From a virus (taxonomy: Duplodnaviria > Caudoviricetes), in the IMG/VR virus record IMGVR_UViG_3300020045_004126, positions 1 through 40,750 of that record: a stretch of 40,750 nt of DNA; one strand, 5' to 3'. The position numbers were made by a program, and so were the translations under genes. Shown piece after piece: positions 9,516 to 19,053 of the stretch. Below the pieces are notes generated by a model. It searched no databases. It saw nothing but the letters and a program-made list of their open reading frames with translations, and was not told the origin of the DNA. Positions within the stretch are counted from its first letter, which is position 1, and every line of letters starts with the position of its first letter.

Positions 9516-12494
9516 ATGGCTGAGAAAATAGAAATTGCCGCGCTCGATATTGACGCAAGCCTGCTCATACAATCCACTACGGAGGTAGGTAAACAGATTA
9601 CCGACCTGCGGGCTAAAATGAAAAGCCTTCGGGACGAGGGCAAACAAAACACCGTTGAGTATACCGTTTTAGGTGCGCAGGTTAAGAACCTGTCTAAAGA
9701 CTATAACCAGCTTAACGGCGTGGTGCAAACCCGTATTACTACCGATGGCAAATTACTTTCGGTTGAGCTGGCTATGGAGAAAGCCCTTAAAAGCCAAAAT
9801 GTAACCACTAAGGGTGCGGTAGACAATAACAAAGAGCTTAGGCAGATACGCCAAAACCTTGACGCTACAACCGTATCAGGTGCGGCGGCTATTGCTAAGC
9901 TCAACGCGAAAATAAACGAGAACTCCCAATTCATAAAAGAGAACGGCGACGCTAATGAGCAGCGCATAGCGGGGATAGGGCAATACAAAGAGCAAATCCT
10001 GCAAGCCTACGCCGAGATTCAAAAAGAGAAAGCCGCTTTGCAAGCCCTTAACAAAGAGCTTATAGAAAGCAAGGAAACGCTCGACGAAAATTCAGATGCT
10101 TGGAAAGTTATAAACGTTCAGATAAATCAAAATAATATACAGATAAACAACCTTAACGACCAAATGGCGAAGTCTAAGGGGGAGTTTACAGATTTCAGTG
10201 ACGTGTTGAGCCTTGCAAACGGTGGCCTCTCGGGTTTTAAAGAGCGAGCAGAAGCGGCTGGTGGCACAGGGCCTTTACTCGGTAACGCTTTCAAAGCCAT
10301 GACTACGGGGCTTTGGGGTATGGTGAAGGCCGGACTCGCTTTTATTGCCACCCCTATAGGGCTTGCGCTTACCGCAATAGCCGTTGTTATCGCTTTGGTA
10401 GTGGGGGCGTTTAAGTTTATGGTCGCTTCTATGAACAGCACTGAAGAGGGCAGCAACAAACTTGCAAAAGCAATGGCCTACGTTACCGGCCTGCTTAATG
10501 GTTTTTGGAAAATAATAAAACCGTTGGGCGAGTTTTTGGGTAAAGTATTTATTGCCTACCTTGAAGCGGTGGGCATGGCGCTCGACGAATTAAGCGAGGG
10601 CATTGCTAAAGCCTTAGACTTTTTAGGTTTTACAGAAGCGGCTGCAGACCTGCGCGGCTTTAAAGAAGAGCTTAAGCAATCCGCTATCGCTGCCGCCGAC
10701 CTTGCCGCCGCTGAGGCAGAACTGCAAAAGATGCAACGCGAAGGGCGTAAGATACAACTTGACTACCAAAAGCAGGCAGAGAAATTAAGGCAGCTGCGCG
10801 ACGACGAAAGTAAATCGATGGGCGAACGTGTAAAAGCTAATGAACAACTGGGCGCAGTGCTTAAAGAGCAGGCTGCCGCGGAGCTTGCAATCGCTAACCA
10901 GGCGTTACGCGTTGCCGACCTGCGTATAAAATCGGAAGGGGAAACTACCGAGGCTTTGGACAAACGAGCCGAAGCCCTTACTAACATCGCGGATATACAG
11001 GAGCGCATCACCGGGCAAGAGTCCGAGCAACTGGCAAACCTAAACAGCCTGCGCAAAGAGGCTTTCGATAAAGAAAAAGAACGCCAGCAGGGCATAAGGG
11101 ATGCAAGGCAGAAAACCCTTGACGACCTTATTGAAAAACTGGGGCTTGAAAAAGAAATATACGCCCAGGCTACAGAGGGCAGGCTGCTTACTTATGAACA
11201 GGAATTTGCAAAAGCTGACGAACTATACAAGCGGCAACTTGAAATTATACAAAGCCAAAAAGCTGCTAATGATGCCGCAGCGCAAAACGATTACGCCGCC
11301 AGTAAAAAGACCGGCGCGGATAAGTTGGCACTGCAAAGGCGTTTAAACCTTAACGAACTTGAATTGACCGCCTCAAAAAATGAGGCGCTTATAGCTTTAG
11401 AAGCCACAAAACGTGAAGCAATAATAGCCGAAGCTGATTTAGAACTTGAGCATCAAAAAACGTTAGCCAAAACAAGGCTTGACGCTAACAAGTTCCTTAC
11501 TGACGAACTTGTACAACAGGAAAAAGACAGGCTCGATGCGCTTAACCAGCTTGAAGTAGATAACTTAGCACTGAAATACAATAACGGGCTTATCGCTGAG
11601 CGTGAGTACCTGGACGCGGTAAATGAGTTGTACGCCGCTAACGATAAAACGCAGGCAGAGCTTGATACGCAGCGCCGACAGGCAGAACAAGACCAGCAGC
11701 TGCTCGACCTGGAAAACCAAAAGTCGCAAAAGGCTTCGGAGTTTGAAGAGAATATGAAAATTGAGCAACTGCAGGCAGATATTAAACGCGAGCAGGAAAT
11801 AGCCAATGCCAAAAAAACAGGTGCCGATGTAAGTTTAATAGAAGACAAATTTGCTAAGGACAGAGAAGACCGGGAGAAAGCAGTACAGACTTACAAAATG
11901 GACCTTAGAGCGCAGGCACTCGGCAACCTTTCAACTATATTTGGGCAAGAAACCACAGCCGGTAAACTATTTGCGGCTGCACAGGCCACTATCGATACCT
12001 ATGTAGCAGCGAATAAAGCGTTAGCGGCATACCCGCCGCCGTTTGGTGCGATTGCAGCGGCTGCGGCTATCGCTACAGGTATAGGCAACGTTAAGAAAAT
12101 CACGTCAACTAAAACCAAATTCGAGCGTGGCGGCTTGCAGGAGGTAGGCGGCAACCGACATAGTGCCGGCGGTACGAAGTTTACCGGTTCTGACGGTACC
12201 CAGTTTGAGGCGGAGCAGGGCGAACTAATCGGCGTTATGAACAGGAACGCCGCAAAGCACTTCATGGCCTTTAATAATGCCTTCCCGGCAGGAGCAGGAA
12301 GCGCACCAAACTATTTCGCCAGTGGCGGCTTTGTAAACCGCACCGAGGCGCAGGGCGTAAACTTTGATATAGACGAACTCGCTATGAAGATTGCAGCGGC
12401 TAACGCCTCAATGCCTGCGCCGATAGTAGCCGTCAGCGACATTGCAGCGGTAACGGGGAACCTGGCGAAAGTGCAGCAAAATGCAAATTTCTAA
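9516..12494 (+). CDS. Tail tape measure protein
   Basis: 992 aa; coiled-coil/Ala-rich with central hydrophobic segment; FERGG and FASGG motifs near C-terminus. Confidence 0.9.
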   Translation: MAEKIEIAALDIDASLLIQSTTEVGKQITDLRAKMKSLRDEGKQNTVEYTVLGAQVKNLSKDYNQLNGVVQTRITTDGKLLSVELAMEKALKSQNVTTKGAVDNNKELRQIRQNLDATTVSGAAAIAKLNAKINENSQFIKENGDANEQRIAGIGQYKEQILQAYAEIQKEKAALQALNKELIESKETLDENSDAWKVINVQINQNNIQINNLNDQMAKSKGEFTDFSDVLSLANGGLSGFKERAEAAGGTGPLLGNAFKAMTTGLWGMVKAGLAFIATPIGLALTAIAVVIALVVGAFKFMVASMNSTEEGSNKLAKAMAYVTGLLNGFWKIIKPLGEFLGKVFIAYLEAVGMALDELSEGIAKALDFLGFTEAAADLRGFKEELKQSAIAAADLAAAEAELQKMQREGRKIQLDYQKQAEKLRQLRDDESKSMGERVKANEQLGAVLKEQAAAELAIANQALRVADLRIKSEGETTEALDKRAEALTNIADIQERITGQESEQLANLNSLRKEAFDKEKERQQGIRDARQKTLDDLIEKLGLEKEIYAQATEGRLLTYEQEFAKADELYKRQLEIIQSQKAANDAAAQNDYAASKKTGADKLALQRRLNLNELELTASKNEALIALEATKREAIIAEADLELEHQKTLAKTRLDANKFLTDELVQQEKDRLDALNQLEVDNLALKYNNGLIAEREYLDAVNELYAANDKTQAELDTQRRQAEQDQQLLDLENQKSQKASEFEENMKIEQLQADIKREQEIANAKKTGADVSLIEDKFAKDREDREKAVQTYKMDLRAQALGNLSTIFGQETTAGKLFAAAQATIDTYVAANKALAAYPPPFGAIAAAAAIATGIGNVKKITSTKTKFERGGLQEVGGNRHSAGGTKFTGSDGTQFEAEQGELIGVMNRNAAKHFMAFNNAFPAGAGSAPNYFASGGFVNRTEAQGVNFDIDELAMKIAAANASMPAPIVAVSDIAAVTGNLAKVQQNANF

Positions 12495-12559
12495 AAATAA
12501 TTTTTGGTTATTACAAAAATAGTTTTATATTTGCTTATAATTTAAAAGCAAAAACCATG
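12493..12559 (+). promoter_or_regulatory. Repeated phage promoter and leader
   Basis: TTTG 12503-12506, 19-nt spacer, TATATTTG 12526-12533. Confidence 0.85.
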
Positions 12560-12799
12560 TTTAAATTTATAAGTTCCATACTACGTTCTATTTTCGGCGG
12601 GTTCGATAACGATAGTTTCGACGCGGTTATTGCTGACGCTAATCTGAAGTTGGTGCAGATAAAACTAATTAAAGCAAAAATAACAGCAAAAAAAGGACTT
12701 GACTGCGAAAAAGAGTTCGCAGATTGGGCAGCCCTGAATGAGCAACTAAAGCACGTAGACGAATATCTTACTAACAGCATTAATATCTTAAAACCATGA
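12557..12799 (+). CDS. Hypothetical protein (80 aa)
   Basis: AAACCATG start after promoter. Confidence 0.75.
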   Translation: MFKFISSILRSIFGGFDNDSFDAVIADANLKLVQIKLIKAKITAKKGLDCEKEFADWAALNEQLKHVDEYLTNSINILKP

Positions 12800-12966
12800 C
12801 AATAAAAAACCTATTAAACTTCATTGTTATAGAAGTTGAAGCCGGGCGGCTAAGTGAAGACGCCGAGGTGCACGTATTTAATTCCGGCACTTCAAAATAC
12901 AGCAGAATAAGAGATATCGAAGTTTACGCCGGTAAGCTAGACCTTGAGATTGTTAGGCATGAGTAA
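12796..12966 (+). CDS. Small hypothetical protein (56 aa, MTIKNLLNFI...)
   Basis: Translated by hand; AAACCATGA coupling. Confidence 0.7.
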   Translation: MTIKNLLNFIVIEVEAGRLSEDAEVHVFNSGTSKYSRIRDIEVYAGKLDLEIVRHE

Positions 12967-13204
12967 ACTTAAAACCATACTCACAGGCTGGCGTAACTTT
13001 CTCGACAAAAGCGATGTTACCGAAAAGAAAGCGCAGGAGCGTGTAAGGGTTTGTGCGGCTTGCCCACACGCTAAACAAGGTAAGCTACTGGCGTTTATAA
13101 AAGACGACCTTAAAGAAATTGAGGGGTACTACTGCGATATTTGCAAGTGCCCCCTATCTGCTAAAATTCGTAGCAACGACACCTGTCCCGAAAACAAATG
13201 GTAG
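12959..13204 (+). CDS. Cys-rich putative metal-binding protein
   Basis: CAAC...CDICKCP...CPENKW. Confidence 0.75.
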   Translation: MSKLKTILTGWRNFLDKSDVTEKKAQERVRVCAACPHAKQGKLLAFIKDDLKEIEGYYCDICKCPLSAKIRSNDTCPENKW

Positions 13205-13208
13205 AAAT

Positions 13209-13436
13209 ATGAAGCTGACAAAAGACGAATTAGAAAAAAAAGTGGCGCAGTTAGAAGATGAGCTACATGTGTCTCAGAACTCAGTTGACTACTGGATTGA
13301 GGAAAGCGATAAATGGCAATTACTTTATCAAAACCTTAAAGATAAAATAGACGAAGACCCTTTTTACCCAATACTGCACGACTGCAGCCTTGCCCAGGAA
13401 CTTGCTTTAATTGATGCGGTAGATAGAATATTATGA
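13209..13436 (+). CDS. Small coiled-coil hypothetical protein
   Basis: ATG 13209; heptad pattern; ATGA-coupled to next gene. Confidence 0.65.
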   Translation: MKLTKDELEKKVAQLEDELHVSQNSVDYWIEESDKWQLLYQNLKDKIDEDPFYPILHDCSLAQELALIDAVDRIL

Positions 13437-13669
13437 CCGGAACCAACTACGAAATACTGCTATCAATGGATAGCACCTTTATACCGCTTGTAGCGAGGGG
13501 CTTTATCCCGGTGCAGTATATCGAGTGGAAAACTTACTACGAGTTTTTCAAGTGGCAGAGGGAGCAGGGCCACAAAACGGAAAAGGCGGTTATGCTTACC
13601 TGTGATAAGTTCCCAATTAACCGCAGGCAGGTATACCGTATAAAAGCCTGGATGGAAAGTATAAAATAA
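13433..13669 (+). CDS. Small protein with possible C-terminal HTH (candidate late regulator)
   Basis: AVMLTCDKFPINRRQVYRIK resembles an HTH; upstream of head operon. Confidence 0.55.
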   Translation: MTGTNYEILLSMDSTFIPLVARGFIPVQYIEWKTYYEFFKWQREQGHKTEKAVMLTCDKFPINRRQVYRIKAWMESIK

Positions 13670-13690
13670 ACCATAATAAATTTTAGTAAA

Positions 13691-13945
13691 ATGAGCGAAG
13701 TAAAATTAGGCGTAAAGGCCAAAGATTTAGTAACAGGCTTTGAAGGTATTGTTACATCTAAAGTAGAATATCTTACAGGGTGTACCCAGTTTGGGCTTAC
13801 CCCTCCTGCGAAAGATGGTAAAGTAGAAAGTATCGAATATTTCGACGGCCGCAGGCTGGAAGTTATCGGCGAGGGAGTTAGCCCCGCAGCAGTTACGGAC
13901 GAAAAAGACCCCGGAGGCCCTAACAGGGATATGCCTATGCGATAG
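13691..13945 (+). CDS. Conserved-looking phage hypothetical protein
   Basis: LGVKAKDLVTGFEGIVT...YLTGC...GGP pattern. Confidence 0.75.
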   Translation: MSEVKLGVKAKDLVTGFEGIVTSKVEYLTGCTQFGLTPPAKDGKVESIEYFDGRRLEVIGEGVSPAAVTDEKDPGGPNRDMPMR

Positions 13946-14008
13946 TAACCCTACCCGCTGGCAAGTCGAAGCCATTAAAGCAGTACACCGCGCCTTCGCA
14001 ACGTACAC

Positions 14009-14044
14009 ACCCCTAAGTGAACAATAGTAGCTTAGGGGTTTTTT
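14009..14044 (+). terminator. Intrinsic terminator
   Basis: ACCCCTAAG/CTTAGGGGT stem followed by T run. Confidence 0.8.
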
Positions 14045-14096
14045 AATGCCTTATTTTTGGCACTGATTTGTTAAAGCGTTTTTATACATTAGCTGC

Positions 14097-15173
14097 ATGG
14101 TAGGCAACATTTATATTAACGGCAATATCGGTAACTGGGAGGGAGAACCTTGCACCCAATTAACCGACGTTGTTAAACAGATAAAAGCATATCCCGAAGC
14201 TACAGCGTTCAATGTTTTCATAAACAGTGAAGGCGGTTTTGTTAAAGACGGTATGGATATTTATAATTACCTGGTAAGTTTAGGCAAACCCGTAAATACA
14301 ATAGGCACCGGAATAGTAGCGAGTATCGCAACTATTATTTTCATGGCGGGTTCTACCCGTACCATACGCCCAAACACCCGATTCATGATACACTTGCCAT
14401 CGTTAAATACGCAGGGTACCGCTGATGAATTGGAAATGCGCGCTAAAGAACTTCGCACTATAGAAAAAGAACTCATAAACTTTTATACTACCGAGCTGGG
14501 GCACCCTGCTGAGGTTATACAACCGCTATTACGCGACGAGTCATTCCTTAGCCTCGACCAGTTGGAAACTTTGGGCTTTATAACTTCTGCCCCGCTGCCT
14601 ATCGCAGCAAAAGCAAATCTGAATACTAACAAACAAGATAATAAAATGGAGGACAACAAAAAAGCGGCCTTTGTCGATAAAATGCTTAATAAAATTTTGG
14701 GCATGTTTGACAGCAAACCCGTAAACAAATTAGTGCAGGACGCTACGGGCGTAGAGCTTGACTTTACCGAGCTTGCAGACGGCGACCCTATCGAGGTAGG
14801 CGCTATGGCAATGGTTGCAGGCGTTCCTGCTGAGGGCGACTACACGTTGCCCGACGGTACCGTTTATACTTTCGTTGCCGGGGAGCTTACAGCTATAACA
14901 CCGGCCGGAGTAGATACCGTTACACCTGAGCAGGCTAAAGCCCTGGCAGACGAAAACGCAGCCCTGAAAGCGGAAATTGAAACGCTTAGAGCTACCAACA
15001 GCGCCAACGAGCAAAACCTTGCCGAGATTAAAACCGAGGTAGTAAACCTTAAAAGGGCTATTACTACAGGCGGCGCACCGGCTGGCAAAGTAGACGGTAA
15101 AAAAGAACCAGTAACCCAACCTGCAAGCGGCTACAAGGCTGCACTTGACAGGGCTAAAAACATCAGAAAATAA
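14097..15173 (+). CDS. Prohead protease (ClpP-like) fused to scaffold-like C-terminus
   Basis: INSEGG, GIVASIATII (catalytic Ser), FMIHLP (His); C-terminal coiled coil. Confidence 0.9.
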   Translation: MVGNIYINGNIGNWEGEPCTQLTDVVKQIKAYPEATAFNVFINSEGGFVKDGMDIYNYLVSLGKPVNTIGTGIVASIATIIFMAGSTRTIRPNTRFMIHLPSLNTQGTADELEMRAKELRTIEKELINFYTTELGHPAEVIQPLLRDESFLSLDQLETLGFITSAPLPIAAKANLNTNKQDNKMEDNKKAAFVDKMLNKILGMFDSKPVNKLVQDATGVELDFTELADGDPIEVGAMAMVAGVPAEGDYTLPDGTVYTFVAGELTAITPAGVDTVTPEQAKALADENAALKAEIETLRATNSANEQNLAEIKTEVVNLKRAITTGGAPAGKVDGKKEPVTQPASGYKAALDRAKNIRK

Positions 15174-16246
15174 TGGCGACAGCATTTGACAACGGAACGT
15201 TTACGTTCAACCCCGAAGAGCTTAAAGACCTTAAGCAAATCATAAACGAACTTACCTTTAACCACCCGTCTATAAGTGACGTACACTATGTGGAGCAGGG
15301 TATTAAGTACGATAAGCAAATAGTATTTGCCGCACGTATGGGGCTACTAGGTAAAGCGCTTGAAAGCTGTACGCCAAACGCGGCTGAAGGCATAACCCTT
15401 ACAAATAAGTTTTGGACTCCGAAACTTTTTGACTTCAGGATAACACATTGTTCTGCTGACGTAGATTCACAGGACAAACTGTTTAACCAATGGCTGAAGG
15501 TAAACCCGGATTTCTATAACATTTTTGAAGGCTCAGCCTCAAGTGTTGGCGCGTACCTTGTCGGCCTTGTTGAAGAGGCAAGCCGCGAGGACATACTTAC
15601 AAAAATTTGGTTTAGCGATACTACCGCGGCCACCTATACCGGCAGCGGTGTATTTACCAACGGTACCGACCTGGATTTCTTTAACGTTATCGATGGCCTG
15701 TTTAAACAGATATTCGTAGACGTGCCAACGTCCGCCGCAAATTACGTGGCTATCACTAAAAATGCAGCTGCTACTTACGCTTTACAAGCCCTTGCGGCTG
15801 GCGAAGGTATGGCAACGCTTAAAGCGATGTATGGCAAAGCAGACAGCCGCCTACGTGGCGCTTCAGGTGTTGAGTTCCTTGTTACTCGCACCCTATTTGA
15901 TGCTTACCTTAACGACCTTGAGTCTACGCAAAACACCGGCGCAGGTAACACGTTTATAAACGAGAAGGGCCAGCTTACCCTTACGTACAGGGGCATACCG
16001 GTTAAGTTGATGGATATATGGGACAACACCATAAACACTTACCAAAACAACGGTACTAAATGGTACAGGCCACACCGTGCAATCCTTACCGTTCCTACGA
16101 ATATACCGGTAGGTACACCAAGCGAAGGCGACTTCGGTTCTGTAGATGCTTTCTACGACAAAGTAACTAAGATGAACTACGTAGACGGTGCCTATGGCCT
16201 TGACACGAAACACTTACAAAACTACCTAACTGTAGCGGCTTACTAA
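15173..16246 (+). CDS. Major capsid protein
   Basis: 357 aa directly after protease, followed by terminator; YRGIPV motif. Confidence 0.8.
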   Translation: MATAFDNGTFTFNPEELKDLKQIINELTFNHPSISDVHYVEQGIKYDKQIVFAARMGLLGKALESCTPNAAEGITLTNKFWTPKLFDFRITHCSADVDSQDKLFNQWLKVNPDFYNIFEGSASSVGAYLVGLVEEASREDILTKIWFSDTTAATYTGSGVFTNGTDLDFFNVIDGLFKQIFVDVPTSAANYVAITKNAAATYALQALAAGEGMATLKAMYGKADSRLRGASGVEFLVTRTLFDAYLNDLESTQNTGAGNTFINEKGQLTLTYRGIPVKLMDIWDNTINTYQNNGTKWYRPHRAILTVPTNIPVGTPSEGDFGSVDAFYDKVTKMNYVDGAYGLDTKHLQNYLTVAAY

Positions 16247-16259
16247 GCCGCTACTTTTT
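16232..16259 (+). terminator. Intrinsic terminator overlapping capsid stop codon
   Basis: GTAGCGGCTT/AAGCCGCTAC stem plus TTTTT. Confidence 0.75.
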
Positions 16260-16282
16260 ATAACCTTATAAAAGATACGTAA

Positions 16283-16876
16283 ATGGCAGTAGATTGCACA
16301 GGCGCGCTAACCGCCAATATAACATACGACTGCGCTAACGCCCCCGTGGGCGGCATAGAGCAAAGCGTAAAGCTGATTAACCAGGCAGATATAGACTATG
16401 CCGAAACTACATTCAGCTCAACAAACCCGGCACTTATTACAAGCCTTGTGCTTAAAGCCGATGCACAGGCTTACACTTTAACAGGCGTTAAGCAGACGAA
16501 CGGCAAAAGCTGGGAGCTTGTTAAAAAAGATAATGCCCCTGATAAGTTTATGCACGCCTTTAGCGGCGTGATACTTAACCCAAGTGCAGCCAATAAACTA
16601 CAAGCTTCTGCACTTGCCCAGGGCTCGCGCTACGTTGTTGTAGTGGAACAAAAATGGAAAGGCGTAAACAGCGCTGACGCTTTTGAAGTGTTAGGCATAC
16701 GCGCCGGTCTTGAGATTGCTACCATGACAAACAACAGCGCGGAGAACGACAACACAATAGTTTTAACACTTGCAAGCGCAAGTGGTTTTGAAGAGCCTAA
16801 CATGGCAGCCACGCTGCTTGAGACAGATTACGCAACTACGTTACTGGCCTTCAATAACGACTTTGCAGCCGACTAA
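16283..16876 (+). CDS. Putative major tail protein
   Basis: 197 aa beta-rich; DC...GGI start as in Bacteroidota phage tail tubes. Confidence 0.6.
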   Translation: MAVDCTGALTANITYDCANAPVGGIEQSVKLINQADIDYAETTFSSTNPALITSLVLKADAQAYTLTGVKQTNGKSWELVKKDNAPDKFMHAFSGVILNPSAANKLQASALAQGSRYVVVVEQKWKGVNSADAFEVLGIRAGLEIATMTNNSAENDNTIVLTLASASGFEEPNMAATLLETDYATTLLAFNNDFAAD

Positions 16877-17379
16877 TGGACTTTACTAAAATGGATATTG
16901 CCGCCGTCATGTCAGGAGTTGACTCCGACGGCGAGCGATATTTAAGTAAATTCCTGAAAGAGTACAAAACTTTATACAATGAGGCCGTAAATCCCGGCTG
17001 TGCTAAATGCCTTAACGGCTATTTAATAAAATATAAAAAAATCATGGCAAAAAAAGAAACAAACGCCGATAATGGCGGCTTCGTATTGCATAAAAAATAC
17101 GAAAATATATTAGTCGCAATAGAGGGCGAGCCGTCTGTTTATGTGAACAACACTAATATTACCAAAGAGTACGGCGAAATAATTTTAGCCCGTAAAAACG
17201 GTGCCGCGCTTTTTGCAAAACTTCCTGAAGCAGGCGAGGCCGCACCGAAAAAAGAGGCAAAACCTAAAAAAGATGCAAAGCCTAAAGCCGCACCGGTAGC
17301 GCCTACTGAGTCAGCAGAACCTGAAGAGGCCGAAGAGGTAGAAAGCACTGAAGCTGAGAACGAAGACGAAATACTTTAA
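16876..17379 (+). CDS. Hypothetical protein with CxxC and low-complexity K/E tail
   Basis: TAATG-coupled on both sides. Confidence 0.7.
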   Translation: MDFTKMDIAAVMSGVDSDGERYLSKFLKEYKTLYNEAVNPGCAKCLNGYLIKYKKIMAKKETNADNGGFVLHKKYENILVAIEGEPSVYVNNTNITKEYGEIILARKNGAALFAKLPEAGEAAPKKEAKPKKDAKPKAAPVAPTESAEPEEAEEVESTEAENEDEIL

Positions 17380-18569
17380 TGCGCACATCCTTATTTGAAA
17401 TATTCAAACGTTTAACACCCTGGAAAAAGGGTGTTGACGTTTATGGTAACGACGTTGATAATATGTACCCTGAAAGGATGGACCGGCTTATCAACAACAG
17501 CGTTACCGCAAAGAGCGCTGCAAATATAATGGTGCAGTACTTACTCGGCAAAGGATACGGTCCTGAAGCCGACAGCATAATAGTAAACAAACAAAAAAAT
17601 ATTAAGCTAATCGATTTCGCCGACGACCTCGCCGATGACCTCGTTAAGCACCGTGGCGCGTTTATATCTGTTGGGTATAACGCAGCCTATGAAATTGACA
17701 GCCTGGCGGTGGTACCCTACGAGTGGTGCCGAGTTGGCAAAAAAGACAGCACCGACTATAACGGCAAAATTGCGGTTAACAGGCTTGCATGGAATGAACC
17801 GAAGCCTAAAGAGATTGAGCTTATAGACGTGTACAACCCAAACCCGACAATTATAGAACTTCAAGTTGAGAAAGCCGGTAGCTGGGAGGCTTACAAAGGG
17901 CAAATACTATTCGTTAATCAGGATAGTAAACTTATATACCCCCTTAGCCGCATAGACAGCGTGGCAAACGACTGCGATAGCGAAGCACAGGCGGCCATAT
18001 ACAAAAACAGGCTGCTACGTAAAGGCTTTTTTGGTAATACCCTTGTGGTTACCCGCCCGCTTGTTGACGAGCACGCCATAGAAAAATATACCGATACAGC
18101 ACAAACAATTTTGTCCCCGGCGTGGCGTGAAGCCGAAAGCGAACGTGAAGCATTCCAAACAGCGATTAAAGACAGCTTAGGCGCGGAAAGTGTCGGCGGG
18201 GTTTTGTGCCTTGAAATGGACTTTGCCGGCGAAAAGCTGGACGACGCAATACTAATAAAACAGATTGACAGCAAAATAGACGACAAGCTATTCAACTATA
18301 CCGAGAACAGTGTCAGGGAAAACATACTTGTAGCATTCAACAACCTACCCGCAGGGCTTTTAAAGACCAGCGATAACTCTATGTTTGGCAATAGCGGTAC
18401 GGCTATTATTGAAATGAAGCGAACTTACCAGGAAAGCACCACTAAGGAGCGCAACCTGCTTACCAATACACTTAACGACCTTGTTAAAAGAATGACAGGG
18501 CGTGAAAATACAGTCCTACAACCCATTTTATTGATACAGGATGCCGCAACTACTGATAACCCGCAGTGA
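17379..18569 (+). CDS. Portal protein
   Basis: YGNDVDNMYP...INNSVTAK and ILVAFNNLP motifs; 396 aa. Confidence 0.8.
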   Translation: MRTSLFEIFKRLTPWKKGVDVYGNDVDNMYPERMDRLINNSVTAKSAANIMVQYLLGKGYGPEADSIIVNKQKNIKLIDFADDLADDLVKHRGAFISVGYNAAYEIDSLAVVPYEWCRVGKKDSTDYNGKIAVNRLAWNEPKPKEIELIDVYNPNPTIIELQVEKAGSWEAYKGQILFVNQDSKLIYPLSRIDSVANDCDSEAQAAIYKNRLLRKGFFGNTLVVTRPLVDEHAIEKYTDTAQTILSPAWREAESEREAFQTAIKDSLGAESVGGVLCLEMDFAGEKLDDAILIKQIDSKIDDKLFNYTENSVRENILVAFNNLPAGLLKTSDNSMFGNSGTAIIEMKRTYQESTTKERNLLTNTLNDLVKRMTGRENTVLQPILLIQDAATTDNPQ

Positions 18570-19053
18570 TATAGCCCAATACAGGCAAATCTCTACAACG
18601 TGGAACGAAGCAAAGCTAAACGAGCTTATACTTGACGCGCAAATGCTTGACGTAGCCCCACTGCTAGGCGAAAAGCTGTACAATAAGGTGCTTGCAACGC
18701 CAGCAGATTACGTCGAGTTACTGGACGGCGGCAGCTACACGGTAGACGGCACCGCGTATACAAGCTACGGCCTTAAAATGGTATTGGCGTACTACGCTTA
18801 TGCCCGTGTCGTGATGCTTGGCGACGCTACGGCAACCCCTTTTGGGTTGGTACAGAAGCTTAACAATGATGTAAGCCGGCCTGTAAGCGATAGCCTGCGT
18901 AAAAGCACATGGCAAATAAACGTAGACGGCGCTTCTAAGCTGTGGGATAACGTGCGTAACTATCTGGTAAGGACAAAACAAGCTGACTACGCCGCAAATC
19001 ATTGTATTGTTGCCCCGCGCACGGGCGGCTTCCGCATTAAAAAAATAGGATAA
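18541..19053 (+). CDS. Putative head-tail adaptor
   Basis: DAQMLDVAPLLGEKLY, LAYYAYAR and TPFGLV motifs; follows portal. Confidence 0.65.
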   Translation: MPQLLITRSDIAQYRQISTTWNEAKLNELILDAQMLDVAPLLGEKLYNKVLATPADYVELLDGGSYTVDGTAYTSYGLKMVLAYYAYARVVMLGDATATPFGLVQKLNNDVSRPVSDSLRKSTWQINVDGASKLWDNVRNYLVRTKQADYAANHCIVAPRTGGFRIKKIG

